NCBI GenBank assembly: GCA_030141605.1
Contig: JAQGDQ010000021.1
Span: forward strand, 682,001 to 746,000
From: Tubiluchus corallicola
Lineage: Eukaryota > Animalia > Priapulida
DNA length: 64,000 nucleotides
Direction of reading: 5' to 3'
Both the position numbers and the translations under genes were made by a program. The notes beneath the pieces are model-generated. The model was not told the DNA's origin. It worked only from the letters and a program-made list of their open reading frames with translations, and did no database searches. Shown in pieces: positions 1 through 64,000 of the stretch (within the stretch, counting starts at the first letter, position 1; every line of letters starts with the position of its first letter).

Positions 1-63409
<63,409 letters not shown>

Positions 63410-64000
63410 GTTCGATTTCTAATGATTTTCTTTATTATTGATAGCTAAGTGTGCATATTTTGCTAACTTATTAATTGTATGACTGCATTTCATTGTTGCC
63501 AATTAACTTACTGTTTTTAAATTATAGGAAACTATATTTTCTATCATCATTATTATCATCATCATTGCTATTATCATCACTTCATATAGTATGTGGTTAT
63601 TTATTTATACTCTGATTTCATCTCTAAGAATAAGCAAAGTTTTTGGTTTGTATATACAGCCTTCCAGCCACATGCATTTGCTGGACTATTTGATCTTGAG
63701 ATTGCTCAAATGTGGCTGGCATTAGTGATAATGTGCTCGGCTGATGTGAGAACTGTTCACATTCCTCGGCTTGGTAAATTTCTCTAAGCAGCACTTGAGT
63801 GTCGCAACCAAGTTTGTATGATACTCAGTTAAAAAGGGTAGCTATTTGTCAAGTGCTAGACAATTAACTTAGACACTTAGTTTGCAGACATCTTGGATTT
63901 TTTTTAAAACCAATGCTAATAAGTTAGTAATGTTTTTTAACTTCTATGTGGTGCTGAAAAGACTGTGCATCCATCTGTAATTTTGGCTTTATAATCAATC

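Overview
AT-rich eukaryotic genomic DNA from an invertebrate metazoan. The whole window lies inside one large + strand spliced gene, SZT2 (scaffold subunit of KICSTOR, which recruits GATOR1 in lysosomal mTORC1 nutrient sensing). I traced 60 GT-AG exons by hand from 1 to 63409. Their phases chain into one uninterrupted frame of about 3,286 codons, and the start and 3' end lie outside the window. Two large introns carry cargo. Intron 16159-28652 holds a decayed antisense multi-exon coding relic, a LINE reverse-transcriptase fragment and small repeats. Intron 43634-52086 holds an intact, intronless, same-strand class A GPCR gene. Other notable points are an 888-nt symmetric exon encoding an acidic insert with a GRFTV (RFxV) motif, a tandem duplication that creates a possible 14-nt frameshifting microexon, and a candidate 87-nt cassette exon. 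Several MITEs have recognisable TIRs and TSDs. Most short ORFs in the track are exon-plus-intron read-through or noise. Homology calls come from my recall of protein motifs, not from database searches.
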